The position numbers and the translations under genes are program-made. From Flavobacteriaceae bacterium (GTDB lineage Bacteria; Bacteroidota; Bacteroidia; Flavobacteriales; Flavobacteriaceae): a stretch of DNA of 64,000 nucleotides. The stretch's first letter is position 1; each line of letters starts with the position of its first letter. Of this stretch, positions 40,502-50,818 are shown piece after piece. The notes under the pieces are model-generated. The model made no database searches and was not told the DNA's origin. It saw only the letters and a program-made list of their open reading frames with translations. Location of the stretch: assembly GCA_965178635.1 (NCBI GenBank), contig CBCXVT010000020.1, positions 2,991-66,990 of the forward strand, given 5' to 3'.

Positions 40502-41575
40502 TTACTTTTTTTGAAAGATACTCCAATCTAATTTTAAAGAAAAAATGTTAGAATAGAATACTTCATCTGTTTTACCAATGTTGGTTAAAGAGTAATCAAC
40601 ATAAATACCTTTGTAGTGAAAACCAAGTCCAATGTTTGGTTGAACATTTAACTTTTCGCCACCACCTAATTGTTCAATATTTTGAAATTTACCAACTCCA
40701 CTTCTTAAGAATATTAAATTGTTATAATCTAATTGTAAACCTACAGCCGGCGTAATACTTGCAAAAGATGATGAAATAACATCGTTTGTTTCAACAAATC
40801 TTACATCAAAATCTAACTCGGTTAGTAAGGTTAATTTATTTTTAAATTCAAATGTTCTGGCAACACCTAATTGTAATTTAGGAATTGTAATTTCAGTGTC
40901 TTCAGGTGCTTCTTGATTGCCATCTGGCATTGCAGCTTGAATATCTTCTAATTTCTCTTGATCAATATCCCAGGTGTTAAATGTTGTTGTAATATCTCTA
41001 GCCATTAATCCGAAAGTCCACTTTTTATAATCATATTGTAAACCAGCGTCAAAACCAAACCCCCATGAGTTGGCAAAATCACCAATAATACGTCTGATAA
41101 TTTTTGCATTTGCTCCAAAACGTAAATTTTCAATACCTAAATTTCTAGCATACGAAAACGTTACAGCATAATCAGCAGCTGAAAATAAATTAATATTATC
41201 ATAATTAATATTTCCACTCGCATCTATTAATTTGGTGGTATCTAATATATCATCTACTCCAAAACGGATTAAAGATAAGGCAAAGGCACTATTATCGTCT
41301 ATAGGCATGGCAAAACCACCATAATCATAACTCGCAATGTTTGCAAAATAATTAGCATGCATTAAAGACACTTGTTTGCCTTCTAGTTTTAGCAATCCAG
41401 CAGGGTTCCAATACCCTGAATTTACATCAGAACTACTTGCAACTACAGCGTTGGACATACCAAAAGCTGCTGCGTCAACACCGATATTTAAAAATTCATT
41501 TGAATATTTACGAGCAACTTGTGCTTGTAATGAAATGGTGAAAACAAGTAGTGTTAAAAAAAATATTTTTTTCAT
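40502..41575 (-). CDS. PorV/PorQ-family outer-membrane beta-barrel (T9SS-associated)
   Basis: MKKIFFLTLLVFTISLQAQ signal peptide, FLNIGVDAAAFGMSNA...WNPAGL block, beta-barrel-like alternation. Start trimmed to the ATG at 41575. Confidence 0.55.
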   Translation of the reverse strand: MKKIFFLTLLVFTISLQAQVARKYSNEFLNIGVDAAAFGMSNAVVASSSDVNSGYWNPAGLLKLEGKQVSLMHANYFANIASYDYGGFAMPIDDNSAFALSLIRFGVDDILDTTKLIDASGNINYDNINLFSAADYAVTFSYARNLGIENLRFGANAKIIRRIIGDFANSWGFGFDAGLQYDYKKWTFGLMARDITTTFNTWDIDQEKLEDIQAAMPDGNQEAPEDTEITIPKLQLGVARTFEFKNKLTLLTELDFDVRFVETNDVISSSFASITPAVGLQLDYNNLIFLRSGVGKFQNIEQLGGGEKLNVQPNIGLGFHYKGIYVDYSLTNIGKTDEVFYSNIFSLKLDWSIFQKK

Positions 41576-41827
41576 TAGTATGTGTAAAATCTTGAAAGCA
41601 AAAATAGGGCATAAAAACAGCAATAAAAAATTTACTTACAATTTAACCTCTAACAATATATTGAAGAGTTATAAATATTAGTTAAAACAGGAGTTAATAA
41701 GCGTTACTTGTCGATTAAAACAGGAGATAGTCGAGTATATTATTATACCTCTATTAAGTTATTGTAAATTTGTGTTATACCCGAAAGGAAACTATTTTTA
41801 AACTATTAACAGATTAAATTATTTTTT

Positions 41828-43993
41828 ATGAAAAAATTTACATTATTATTTGCAATGCTAATGTTTAGTGTTGCAGGATTTTCACAAGTTGTGATTTCCG
41901 AAAACTTTGATGCTGGAACACCAGCTGGTTGGACGGATACGTATGGTAATACAGCTACAAATTCATGTGCAGGAAGTTCAGAAAGGGACAATCTTTATAG
42001 TGGTAGTAGTACAGGAAACATGACTTCTCCAAATCAAGTTGGAGCATCTAATGGAACTGACTTAACAGTTGATTTTGATTATAAAGTTATCGACTGGTCT
42101 GGTGGAGCTGCTACTTCTGCAGGTTGGGGAAGTGCAGATTTACAATACTCAACTGATGATGGTGCTACTTGGAATACAGTATTAACTATTAATGATGGTA
42201 ATCATGTGGTTTCAGCTACTTGTGCAGCAATAACACCTGTTGTTATTCCAGCAGCAAGTTTACCAACTTCATCTGACGTGAGATTGCGTATACTTAACAC
42301 ATGGGCTGCTGGAGATTATTATTTTTATGTAGATAATTTTAGTGCTACTCAGGTGGTTGCTACACCTCCAAACTGTACAACATTAACAGATCCTTTAGAT
42401 GCCGCAACAGATGTGAATGAAGATAATGATCTTTCATGGTCTGTCGCAACTGGAGGGGCAACAGGTTATAAATTAACAGTGGGTACTACTTCTGGAGGAA
42501 CAGATGTTCTTAATAATGTAGATGTAGGAAATGTAACTACATATGATTTAGGAACATTATCATTTTTAACTACATATTATGTATCTATAGTACCATATAA
42601 CGGAAACGGAGATGCCACTGGATGTACAGAAGAAAGTTTTACAACAATAGCAGCGCCTCCTGTTGGAGAGGTTTGTGGTAACCCAATTGTGGTTGGTGCT
42701 TTACCATACAGTACAACAGATGAAACAGAAAACTATGGAGATGATTATACTGGTGCGCCAGGAGCATCTTGTTCTTCAACGTCTAATTATTTAAATGGAG
42801 ATGATGTTGTTTATTCTTATTCTCCAGGATCAAATACTTCAATTGATGTAGATCTTACTGCTATAGGAAGTAATTATGCAGGAATATTTATCTATACTGA
42901 TTGTGCAGATATTGGAAATACTTGTGTAACAGGAGCAACTAATGGAGGTAGTACAGGAGATTTAGCTATTAGTGATTTTTTAGTTAGTTCTGGAACCACC
43001 TATTATATTGTTATATCTACTTGGGCAAGTCCACAAAGTACAACGTATACATTAGATATTACAGAAAATACATGCGTAAATGCTACAGCTACTTATACAG
43101 CTATTCCTGATTGTGTAAATACTCAATTTACGATAGACGTAGATGTTACTGATTTAGGCTCAGCAACATCAGTAACAATAGGAGATGACCAAGGTAGTTT
43201 AACACAACAAGTTTCTGGAACAGGAATTGTAAGTTTTGGGCCATATGCTTCTGAAACTTCAGTTAATTTTACAGTAACTAATGATCAAGATGGAACTTGT
43301 GTAATAAATGGAAATGTAACTTATGAATGTCCACCTGCAAATGACGCTTGTTCAGATGCGTTTGTTGTTGGAAGTTTACCGTACAACAACTCACAAGATG
43401 CTTCTGCAGCAACTAATAACTCAGGGTTTGTATCAGCATGCTCTGGTGGTATGAATGATGGGGTGTGGTATACATTTACACCTGATGTTAATGGTACTGT
43501 TGATGTGGTTGTTGACGCTACGAGTTCTTGGGATCATGAAGTAGCTATTTACAGTGGTTCTTGTGGAACATTTTCTTGTGTTGTCAGTGTTGATGGTACT
43601 GGATCTGGAGGAACAGAAACCTTAAGTGGTGTGGCTGTTACAGCAGGAACTCAATACTGGGTTAATGTAGGGTATTGGAGTGGTTCAAATGATAGCACAG
43701 AAGGAGCGCTTACAATAGATATTACTTCAGCAACTGTTTTAGGGATAGAAGATTTACAGTTATCAGAGAGCTTTAAATTCTACCCTAACCCAACTAATAA
43801 TGTGTTAAATGTTTCTGCTAAAAACAATATTGAGCAGTTACAATTAGTAAACATGCTAGGGCAAACGGTAAAAACTGTTACACCAAATAGCACTACATAC
43901 CAATTAAATATAGCTGATTTATCATCAGGTATTTACTTTATTAAAGCTAGAGTAAACAATACCGAAGGTACTTTCAGAATTGTAAAGCAATAA
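41828..43993 (+). CDS. Secreted multi-domain protein with T9SS C-terminal sorting domain
   Basis: Signal peptide, and two ~200-aa internal modules that begin alike (CGNPIVVGALPYS.. and CSDAFVVGSLPYN..). The C-terminal FYPNPTNNVLNV...GIYFIKARV...RIVKQ is typical of a Por secretion CTD. Confidence 0.8.
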   Translation: MKKFTLLFAMLMFSVAGFSQVVISENFDAGTPAGWTDTYGNTATNSCAGSSERDNLYSGSSTGNMTSPNQVGASNGTDLTVDFDYKVIDWSGGAATSAGWGSADLQYSTDDGATWNTVLTINDGNHVVSATCAAITPVVIPAASLPTSSDVRLRILNTWAAGDYYFYVDNFSATQVVATPPNCTTLTDPLDAATDVNEDNDLSWSVATGGATGYKLTVGTTSGGTDVLNNVDVGNVTTYDLGTLSFLTTYYVSIVPYNGNGDATGCTEESFTTIAAPPVGEVCGNPIVVGALPYSTTDETENYGDDYTGAPGASCSSTSNYLNGDDVVYSYSPGSNTSIDVDLTAIGSNYAGIFIYTDCADIGNTCVTGATNGGSTGDLAISDFLVSSGTTYYIVISTWASPQSTTYTLDITENTCVNATATYTAIPDCVNTQFTIDVDVTDLGSATSVTIGDDQGSLTQQVSGTGIVSFGPYASETSVNFTVTNDQDGTCVINGNVTYECPPANDACSDAFVVGSLPYNNSQDASAATNNSGFVSACSGGMNDGVWYTFTPDVNGTVDVVVDATSSWDHEVAIYSGSCGTFSCVVSVDGTGSGGTETLSGVAVTAGTQYWVNVGYWSGSNDSTEGALTIDITSATVLGIEDLQLSESFKFYPNPTNNVLNVSAKNNIEQLQLVNMLGQTVKTVTPNSTTYQLNIADLSSGIYFIKARVNNTEGTFRIVKQ

Positions 43994-44026
43994 TGAAATA
44001 GATAATACACTCTTATTATCTTGAGT

Positions 44027-44060
44027 AAAAGCTCGTGTTTTTTAACACGAGCTTTTTTAT
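44027..44060 (+). terminator. Rho-independent terminator
   Basis: Perfect 13-bp stem aaaagctcgtgtt/aacacgagctttt followed by a T-run. Confidence 0.75.
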
Positions 44061-44079
44061 TTTACTACATTTGTGTTCT

Positions 44080-45081
44080 ATGAATGTATCGTATTCTTTT
44101 ATTATACCTGTATACAACAGGCCCGAAGAAATAGATGAGCTACTAACAAGTTTAGTGCAACAAAATTTTCAAAAACACTTTGAAGTGGTTATTGTTGAAG
44201 ATGGTTCTACGGAATCATCGAAACACATCGTTAATAAGTATTCTGATAAACTAACAATTAGTTATTATTACAAAGAAAATTCAGGTCCAGGTGATTCTCG
44301 CAATTACGGAATGGAAAAAGCCAAAGGAAATTACTTTTTAATATTAGATTCTGATTGTGTTTTACCTAATGAATATCTATCTGAAGTAGATAAAACACTT
44401 ACAAGTAACTATGTAGATTGTTTTGGAGGACCAGATGCTGCACATGAATCATTTTCTGATTTGCAAAAGGCTATTAATTATGTAATGACCTCTTTTTTAA
44501 CCACAGGAGGTATACGCGGTAGAGAAAAGAGCATAGATAAATTTCAACCTCGAAGTTTTAATATGGGCTTGTCAAAAAAAGCATTTGAAGCCACGGGAGG
44601 TTTCGGTAAAATTCACCCTGGGGAAGATCCTGATTTAACAATTCGGTTATGGAAAAAAGGATTTACAACAATGTTAGTCCCTAAAGCTTATGTATATCAT
44701 AAACGTAGAATTTCATGGAAAAAATTTTACCAGCAGGTTCAAAAATTTGGAAAATGTCGCCCTATTTTAAATAGTTGGCATCCTGAAACTAAAAAAGTAA
44801 CCTATTGGTTTCCTACAGTCTTTGTGCTAGCTGTAGTAGTAGCTTTGTTAACTTCAGTTTATGGAGTACATATTTTTAGTTTAGTGTTAGCGAGTTATTT
44901 GGTCTTAGTTTTTATACATGCAAGTCTAACTACAAAAAGTATACGGATAGGACTTCAGGCAATTGTAGCCTTGTTTATGCAGTTTTTTGGCTATGGTTTG
45001 GGCTTTTTAGAAGCTACTATAAAAATAGCACTTTTAGGTAAAAAGCCACAAGAAGCATTTCCGTACCTTTTTTTCAAATAG
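44080..45081 (+). CDS. Family 2 glycosyltransferase with C-terminal TM segments
   Basis: YSFIIPVYNRPEEI...VEDGSTESS and LDSDC motifs. Start moved to the ATG at 44080, because the track start lies inside the terminator hairpin. Confidence 0.75.
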   Translation: MNVSYSFIIPVYNRPEEIDELLTSLVQQNFQKHFEVVIVEDGSTESSKHIVNKYSDKLTISYYYKENSGPGDSRNYGMEKAKGNYFLILDSDCVLPNEYLSEVDKTLTSNYVDCFGGPDAAHESFSDLQKAINYVMTSFLTTGGIRGREKSIDKFQPRSFNMGLSKKAFEATGGFGKIHPGEDPDLTIRLWKKGFTTMLVPKAYVYHKRRISWKKFYQQVQKFGKCRPILNSWHPETKKVTYWFPTVFVLAVVVALLTSVYGVHIFSLVLASYLVLVFIHASLTTKSIRIGLQAIVALFMQFFGYGLGFLEATIKIALLGKKPQEAFPYLFFK

Positions 45082-45115
45082 ATTGCTTAGTTTTATAGAA
45101 ACAAAAAGAACTTAA

Positions 45116-46042
45116 ATGGGATATAAAAACGGACTTTTATTTATTAAGCAAAAGAGTTCAAGAATGTTTCTGTTAGCATTTTTAGTATCATTAACCATTT
45201 GGTTTTTGATTAACTTATCTAAAAACTATGAAAGAAATGTTATTGTACATGTATCCTATACAAATCTTGATCATGGAACTTTTGTAAAAAAAACTGATTC
45301 GGTTTTAAAGGTGAAAATTGAAGGTTCAGGATTTTCATTAATGACTCAAAAACTACATGATTTAAATGTTAATATTGATACTCAAAAAGTAAACGATACA
45401 TGGGTTTGGGAGGCAGATGATTCAGAGTTATATAAGCTTTTTTCAAAAAGTATATCGGTTAAAAATGTGTTGCCAAAAACAATACATTTTGAAGTTAAAA
45501 CATTATCAAGTAAAAAAGTACCAATAATCCCTGAAGTTAAGGTAAAACCTAAATTAGGTTATGGTATAACTTCGCATAGTTTTACAAAAGATTCGGTTTA
45601 TGTTTATGGTGAAGAAGGTGTTGTAGATAGTATTACATTTATAAAAACAAATAGTTTGGTTTTTGAAAATAGTTCTGAATCTATACAAGGGCAAGTAGCT
45701 TTAAAATATGCTAATAAAGGAATTGAAATTGATGCTAAGAAAATTGGATATTCATATGAAATAGAGCAGTTTACTCAAGGTGAATTTTCTGTAGATGTTA
45801 AAATTAAAAACGCATTAACAAGTAAGCGGATCACTATTTTTCCTAAAGTTGTACAAGTTCAATTTCAAGGACCTTTGTCACAGTTTAGTAAATATGAAGC
45901 TGAAGGTTTTAGCGTATATGTAGATGTTAATGATATAAATGAAACCAATACTCTGCCAATTTATATTGAATATGTACCTGATGGTGTAGTAAAAACTAGA
46001 GTATTAAAAAAATCAGTAACTTATTTAGTATTAGAAAAATGA
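45116..46042 (+). CDS. YbbR-like domain protein
   Basis: N-terminal TM segment plus repeated beta-rich modules. Its position directly upstream of coaE is, as far as I recall, common in Flavobacteriia. Confidence 0.4.
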   Translation: MGYKNGLLFIKQKSSRMFLLAFLVSLTIWFLINLSKNYERNVIVHVSYTNLDHGTFVKKTDSVLKVKIEGSGFSLMTQKLHDLNVNIDTQKVNDTWVWEADDSELYKLFSKSISVKNVLPKTIHFEVKTLSSKKVPIIPEVKVKPKLGYGITSHSFTKDSVYVYGEEGVVDSITFIKTNSLVFENSSESIQGQVALKYANKGIEIDAKKIGYSYEIEQFTQGEFSVDVKIKNALTSKRITIFPKVVQVQFQGPLSQFSKYEAEGFSVYVDVNDINETNTLPIYIEYVPDGVVKTRVLKKSVTYLVLEK

Positions 46043-46632
46043 TAATAGGGTTAACAGGAGGAATAGGAAGTGGGAAAACTACAGTTGCTAAAATGTTTCA
46101 TGAATTGGGTGTGCCCATTTATGTGTCAGATATTGAGGCTAAAAAACTCATGGTTACAAACGCCAAACTAATTACTGAAATTAAAGCATTACTTGGTGAT
46201 GAAGCTTATAACGGTAATGAGTTAAATAGAACATATATATCTGAAAAAGTATTCAAGAATAAAAATTTGTTAAATCAGTTAAATGCCTTAGTGCATCCTG
46301 CAGTTGCTGATGGTTTTATCAAATGGAAGGCCGAACAAAACTCGCTTTATGTTATTAAAGAGTCGGCTATTTTATTTGAGTCAGGAAGTTACAAAAACTG
46401 CGATTTAATAATTACTGTTACAGCGCCATTAGAAGTACGCGTTGGCAGAGTAGTATTGCGTGATAAGGTTACTAGAAAACAGGTGTTGCATAGAGTTATG
46501 AACCAATCTACTGATGACGATAAAATCGATAGATCAAACTTTATTATCAATAACATTACGTTTGATGGCGCAGAAGAGCAAGTTGCTAAAATTCACAGAC
46601 AAATTCTTAATAAAATAGAGAGTTCTTCTTGA
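46039..46632 (+). CDS. coaE: Dephospho-CoA kinase
   Basis: IIGLTGGIGSGKTTVAKMF P-loop. 197 aa. Confidence 0.85.
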   Translation: MIIGLTGGIGSGKTTVAKMFHELGVPIYVSDIEAKKLMVTNAKLITEIKALLGDEAYNGNELNRTYISEKVFKNKNLLNQLNALVHPAVADGFIKWKAEQNSLYVIKESAILFESGSYKNCDLIITVTAPLEVRVGRVVLRDKVTRKQVLHRVMNQSTDDDKIDRSNFIINNITFDGAEEQVAKIHRQILNKIESSS

Positions 46633-46701
46633 TTTTAACATTTCTGTTAAGTTTTGGTTAAAATTCATTCCTACTCATTTTGAAAAAACTATTTTTGAGT
46701 A

Positions 46702-48276
46702 ATGAATAAAAAGCTATTTGTCTCACTTGTTGCATTAATGAGTATTTCCTTAATAGGAATCATATTTGTACAAAGTTATTGGATAAACACGTCTATTGAA
46801 AATAGAGAGGAGCAGTTTGCTTTAAATGTGAAGCAAATATTAGCGTCAAGTTCTGAGAAAATTCAAAAGCAGGAACGTAAAAGTTATTTCTTTAAACTTC
46901 AGAAACTAATAGATAGTTTAGGGCAATTACCGGATCAAACAGTAATTTCTGAATTAAATGTTGTTCAAAAAGATGATAAAACTAATGAGACATTTATTTT
47001 TAGAAGTGGTATTGTTGAATTAAATCATAAAATACCAAGTAACGATTTTTTTGAAAATCAGGAAAATGATACAATTACAGTAAAACGCTATTACAGTAAT
47101 AGTGAAACAACTTTTTTTGATGAATTAGGTATTGATGAATCAAAAGTTACTTTACAAGAGCGTATTGAGCGTGTCAATCAATTACCTGAATACAATCAAT
47201 TACAGCTGGAGGAAATATATCAGTTATTAGCTAATAAAAGACCAATACATAAGCGCTTATCTAAAAATCAAATTAACTTGATTTTAGCTCAAGAACTCTA
47301 TGATAAAGGGTTAGATTTAGATTATGAATTTGCTGTATATAGTAATGATTTGGCAACTTCTGTGCATACAGAGGATTATGAGTTATTAAAAAACATTGAG
47401 TATTCAACAGGAATTTTTCAAGAAAACTCTAATAGGAACTTTAATTTAAGAATAACATTTCCTAATAAGAAAAAGTATTTGTTATCATCCATATTATCAA
47501 TGGTAGCCTTGTCAATTGGCTTTATACTTGTTATTATTTTAGTGTCTGCATTTGCAATTTATCAACTGTTAAAACAGAGGAAAATATCTCAAATAAAAAC
47601 GGACTTTATCAATAACATGACCCATGAGTTTAAAACGCCAATTGCGACTATAAACTTAGCTTTAGATGCAATTAGGAATCCTAAAGTTATGGATGATGAA
47701 AGTAAAGTCAAACGTTATCTAGGAATGATAGGTGAAGAGAATAAACGTATGCATGCTCAAGTGGAAAATGTCTTGCGTATTTCACGACTAGAGAAAAAAC
47801 AATTAGATATAAAGAAAGAAACCTTTGAATTACACGACTTAATTGAAGATGCCATACCGCATATAGAATTAATGGTAGAAGATAGAGGAGGTTATGTGAA
47901 AACACATTTTGAAGCAAAAAAGTCGTCAGTATTAGTAAATGAGTCACATTTTACAAACGTGATAGTTAATATATTAGATAATGCAATTAAGTATTCACCA
48001 AACGCACCTGAAATAGATGTGTATACAGAAACGGTAAAGAACTTTATTGTATTAAAAATAGCAGATAAAGGAAACGGAATGTCAAAATCCGTGCAGAAAA
48101 AAATATTTGAAAAATTTTATAGAGAACACACCGGTAATGTTCATAATGTAAAAGGACACGGATTGGGTCTGGCTTATGTAAAACAAATAATTGATGACCA
48201 TCAAGGAGAAATATTTGTAGAAAGCGAAAAAGGCCAGGGAAGTACTTTTATAATTAAATTGCCATTAATATCATAA
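46702..48276 (+). CDS. Sensor histidine kinase
   Basis: Two TM segments, H-box NMTHEFKTPIATI, and N/G boxes (DNAIKYS, GHGLGLAYV, GQGSTF). Confidence 0.85.
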   Translation: MNKKLFVSLVALMSISLIGIIFVQSYWINTSIENREEQFALNVKQILASSSEKIQKQERKSYFFKLQKLIDSLGQLPDQTVISELNVVQKDDKTNETFIFRSGIVELNHKIPSNDFFENQENDTITVKRYYSNSETTFFDELGIDESKVTLQERIERVNQLPEYNQLQLEEIYQLLANKRPIHKRLSKNQINLILAQELYDKGLDLDYEFAVYSNDLATSVHTEDYELLKNIEYSTGIFQENSNRNFNLRITFPNKKKYLLSSILSMVALSIGFILVIILVSAFAIYQLLKQRKISQIKTDFINNMTHEFKTPIATINLALDAIRNPKVMDDESKVKRYLGMIGEENKRMHAQVENVLRISRLEKKQLDIKKETFELHDLIEDAIPHIELMVEDRGGYVKTHFEAKKSSVLVNESHFTNVIVNILDNAIKYSPNAPEIDVYTETVKNFIVLKIADKGNGMSKSVQKKIFEKFYREHTGNVHNVKGHGLGLAYVKQIIDDHQGEIFVESEKGQGSTFIIKLPLIS

Positions 48277-48279
48277 CTT

Positions 48280-48984
48280 ATGGAACAAGCACAAAAGAAA
48301 ATTTTATTAGTAGAGGATGATCCAAATTTTGGGTCAGTGTTAAAAGATTATTTATCTTTAAACGATTATGATGTTACTCTTGCAAAAAACGGTATGGAGG
48401 GCTTCGAGAAGTTTAAAAAAGATAATTATCATCTATGTATTTTAGATGTGATGATGCCATATAAGGACGGATTCACATTAGCTAAAGAAATTAGAGAACG
48501 TAATAAAGAAGTGCCAATTATTTTCTTAACAGCTAAAGCCATGAAAGAAGATGTTCTAAAAGGGTATAAGGTTGGTGCAGATGATTATTTAAACAAACCA
48601 TTTGATTCAGAAGTATTGTTGATGAAAATTAATGCCATCATGCTTAGAAAGGTAAAAGACTCTATTGCAGATAGTGCCACATTTGAATTTAAAATTGGAA
48701 GTTTTGATCTAAACTCTAAACTCCGATTCTTATCTCATAACGGAGAAGAACCAGTGAAGTTATCGCCAAAAGAGAATGAGTTATTACGTTTGTTGGCTTT
48801 ACATGAAAATGATTTAATGCCAAGAGAATTAGCATTAACAAAAATATGGCGAGATGATAATTATTTCACCTCTCGTTCTATGGATGTGTATATTGCTAAG
48901 CTACGTAAATACCTGAAAAAAGATGAAAAAGTTGAAATTTTAAACATTCACGGCGAAGGTTTTAGGCTAGTAATAAATAGTTAG
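48280..48984 (+). CDS. OmpR/PhoB-family response regulator
   Basis: Receiver domain (LLVEDD, ILDVMMP, K at LTAK) plus a winged-helix C-terminus. Confidence 0.85.
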   Translation: MEQAQKKILLVEDDPNFGSVLKDYLSLNDYDVTLAKNGMEGFEKFKKDNYHLCILDVMMPYKDGFTLAKEIRERNKEVPIIFLTAKAMKEDVLKGYKVGADDYLNKPFDSEVLLMKINAIMLRKVKDSIADSATFEFKIGSFDLNSKLRFLSHNGEEPVKLSPKENELLRLLALHENDLMPRELALTKIWRDDNYFTSRSMDVYIAKLRKYLKKDEKVEILNIHGEGFRLVINS

Positions 48985-49010
48985 TTTATTAATTATAAAT
49001 CAATAAAAAA

Positions 49011-49042
49011 CCCTAACAATTTATATTGTAGGGTTTTGTTTT
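49011..49042 (+). terminator. Rho-independent terminator of the two-component operon
   Basis: ccctaacaat-ttat-attgtaggg hairpin followed by a T-rich tail. Confidence 0.65.
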
Positions 49043-49064
49043 GTGACCTCGGAAGGATTCAGAC
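49043..49064 (-). other. tRNA 3'-end-like fragment (possible att remnant / island boundary)
   Basis: The reverse complement, gtctgaatccttccgaggtcac, resembles a T-loop plus T-stem plus 3' acceptor strand (..TTCGAATCC-TTC-CGAGGTC-A). No complete tRNA is present. Confidence 0.4.
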
Positions 49065-49277
49065 TTATTGCCCTAGACCTTTATTTATATGGTCTTTCAA
49101 AATCTTGTAATGCTCTGTTAACCGATTTGTGAAAATAGCGGTTGATTTGCAATGCTTTGGTTTGCATTTCTATCTAAATACAAAGATACTAAAACCTAGT
49201 AATCAAACCTATATAAATAGAATCAAACACTATGACACTATTGTGTATTGATAGGTTTATACCTCTGCAGCTATTTG

Positions 49278-49485
49278 TTAAGAGACTACTTCAAGATACT
49301 TATCAATAACCTCCTCTTTAATGCCACTATATTCTGCAAATTCATCAGGAGTGATAAATTGATGTTGCTCTTTCCCAAAGTACGTTTTAATTTTCTTTAA
49401 AAGCATACGTCCATAACGTTCGCTACGTCCTGTTAGAAACATAATATCTTTTGGGAAAATACAATGTCTTTTTAACCTTATTCAT
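49278..49485 (-). pseudogene. Small HTH-like protein, module C; N-terminus shifted by one extra A in an A5 run (about 49463-49467)
   Basis: MNKVK in one frame and RHCIFPKDIMFLTGRSERYGRMLLKKIK...HQFITPDEFAEY in the next. An internal ATG at 49442 would give 54 aa. Confidence 0.5.
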
Positions 49486-49510
49486 ACACTATCTATACTT
49501 TATCTATACA
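49478..49510 (-). promoter_or_regulatory. Three tandem 11-bp direct repeats, module C
   Basis: On the minus strand: TGTATAGATAA / AGTATAGATAG / TGTATGAATAA. The last one contains the ATG of the HTH gene. Confidence 0.6.
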
Positions 49511-49637
49511 CTAATTAACCATCATGTGTTTGTGAAAAATCGGCAAAAACGGTAGAAAACGGAATGGATGACCAGTGCTTTTAGGATTACTTCTTAAAGA
49601 TACGGAGCTTTATTGAGAATCAAAAATCATTATAATT

Positions 49638-50393
49638 ATGGCAAAGCAAATTGGAATTATCAAATTAAAAGGAACTATCGGAGATATTTCTTTTTACAAA
49701 TCGCAAGATGGGCACTTGGCTCGTGGTAAAGGAGGTGTTGAAGCTTCTAGAATTGCAAATGATCCAGCGTTTCAAAGAACTCGTGAAAACGGGTCAGAAT
49801 TTGGACGTGCAGGAAAAGGTGGTAAACTATTAAGAGTGGCTTTACGTACACTGTTGCAAAAAGCCTCTGACAATAGAGTCACAAGCAGGTTGACCAAAAA
49901 CGTACTGACTGTTATTAAAGCAGATACTACCAACGATAGAGGTTTACGAACTATCCCTGATGGTGATTTATCACTATTAGAAAATTTTGAGTTCAACAAA
50001 AACGGAAAGCTGGGGGGCATACTTTATGCAGCTTACGCAGGAACAATTGATCGTGTGGCTGGAACTGTCGTTGCAGATATCGCAGAATTTATTGCTGTGA
50101 ATGATATTGTAGCACCAAGTGGTACCACTCACTTTAAAATTTCAAACGGTGGTGTTGAGGTTGATTTTGCTGCAGAAACGTATGTTTTTGATAGTGAAGT
50201 GTCGGCAATTTTACCTTGGGATAGTAGTACAGTTGCGCCGTTATCATTGACGGCTAATTTAACAGCTAACTCTACGCTACCAATTTTTCAAGTTATTGGT
50301 ATTGAATTCTTTCAAGAGGTGAATGGACAAATGTACTCCCTTAAAAACGGAAGTTACAATGCTTTAGCAATAGTTGGAATTGATACACCATAA
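49638..50393 (+). CDS. Uncharacterised MAK..GT.G..FYK family protein, copy C (251 aa)
   Basis: Same N- and C-terminal blocks as copy B. Confidence 0.7.
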   Translation: MAKQIGIIKLKGTIGDISFYKSQDGHLARGKGGVEASRIANDPAFQRTRENGSEFGRAGKGGKLLRVALRTLLQKASDNRVTSRLTKNVLTVIKADTTNDRGLRTIPDGDLSLLENFEFNKNGKLGGILYAAYAGTIDRVAGTVVADIAEFIAVNDIVAPSGTTHFKISNGGVEVDFAAETYVFDSEVSAILPWDSSTVAPLSLTANLTANSTLPIFQVIGIEFFQEVNGQMYSLKNGSYNALAIVGIDTP

Positions 50394-50395
50394 TC

Positions 50396-50818
50396 ATGGA
50401 ATTGACACTTTACAGAACTTATTTTGAAGGCGGTACCAACGGTACCCTCTTCTGTTCTGAAATTTTTTTATGTCACACGATAGAGTTGCCCTGGAGAGAG
50501 AACAAGCGAAATATCTCCTGTATACCAGAAGGTCGCTATGAATTGGTCCCTCGGTATTCAACGCATTTCAAACATCATCTTTTAGTTAAAAATGTGCCTA
50601 ATCGGTATCTCATTTTATTGCATCCCGCAAATGATGCGCTGAAAGAACTGCAAGGTTGTATTGCTCCAGTCACTTATTTAGGTGGTTTAGGCAAAGGCTT
50701 ACAATCTAGAAATGCGATGCAGAAATTAACCTCAGTAGTGCAACAAGCTATTGACTGTAAAGAACAGATTTTTTTAACCATAACAACACAACATTATGAA
50801 TTTAGTAGAACGGTATAA
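50396..50818 (+). CDS. DUF5675-like protein with a YkuD-like H-x12-GC motif
   Basis: 140 aa. ..LLHPANDALKELQGCIAPV.. resembles the His...Gly-Cys catalytic arrangement of L,D-transpeptidase-fold enzymes. The family name is from memory. Confidence 0.45.
   Translation: MELTLYRTYFEGGTNGTLFCSEIFLCHTIELPWRENKRNISCIPEGRYELVPRYSTHFKHHLLVKNVPNRYLILLHPANDALKELQGCIAPVTYLGGLGKGLQSRNAMQKLTSVVQQAIDCKEQIFLTITTQHYEFSRTV

Noticed and set aside
44035-44079. Track start (GTG 44035) of the GT2 gene
   Set aside because: The first 15 codons lie inside the 13-bp terminator hairpin of the preceding gene. The ATG at 44080 immediately precedes the canonical GT2 N-terminus.
13229-50393. Homologous recombination between the three modules as a demonstrated PS-locus switch (deletion between A and B, inversion between B and C)
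   Set aside because: The paralogs are diverged at the protein level, so nucleotide identity is probably too low for RecA-mediated exchange. No inverted-repeat-flanked invertible promoter was found. This is kept only as speculation within the module findings.
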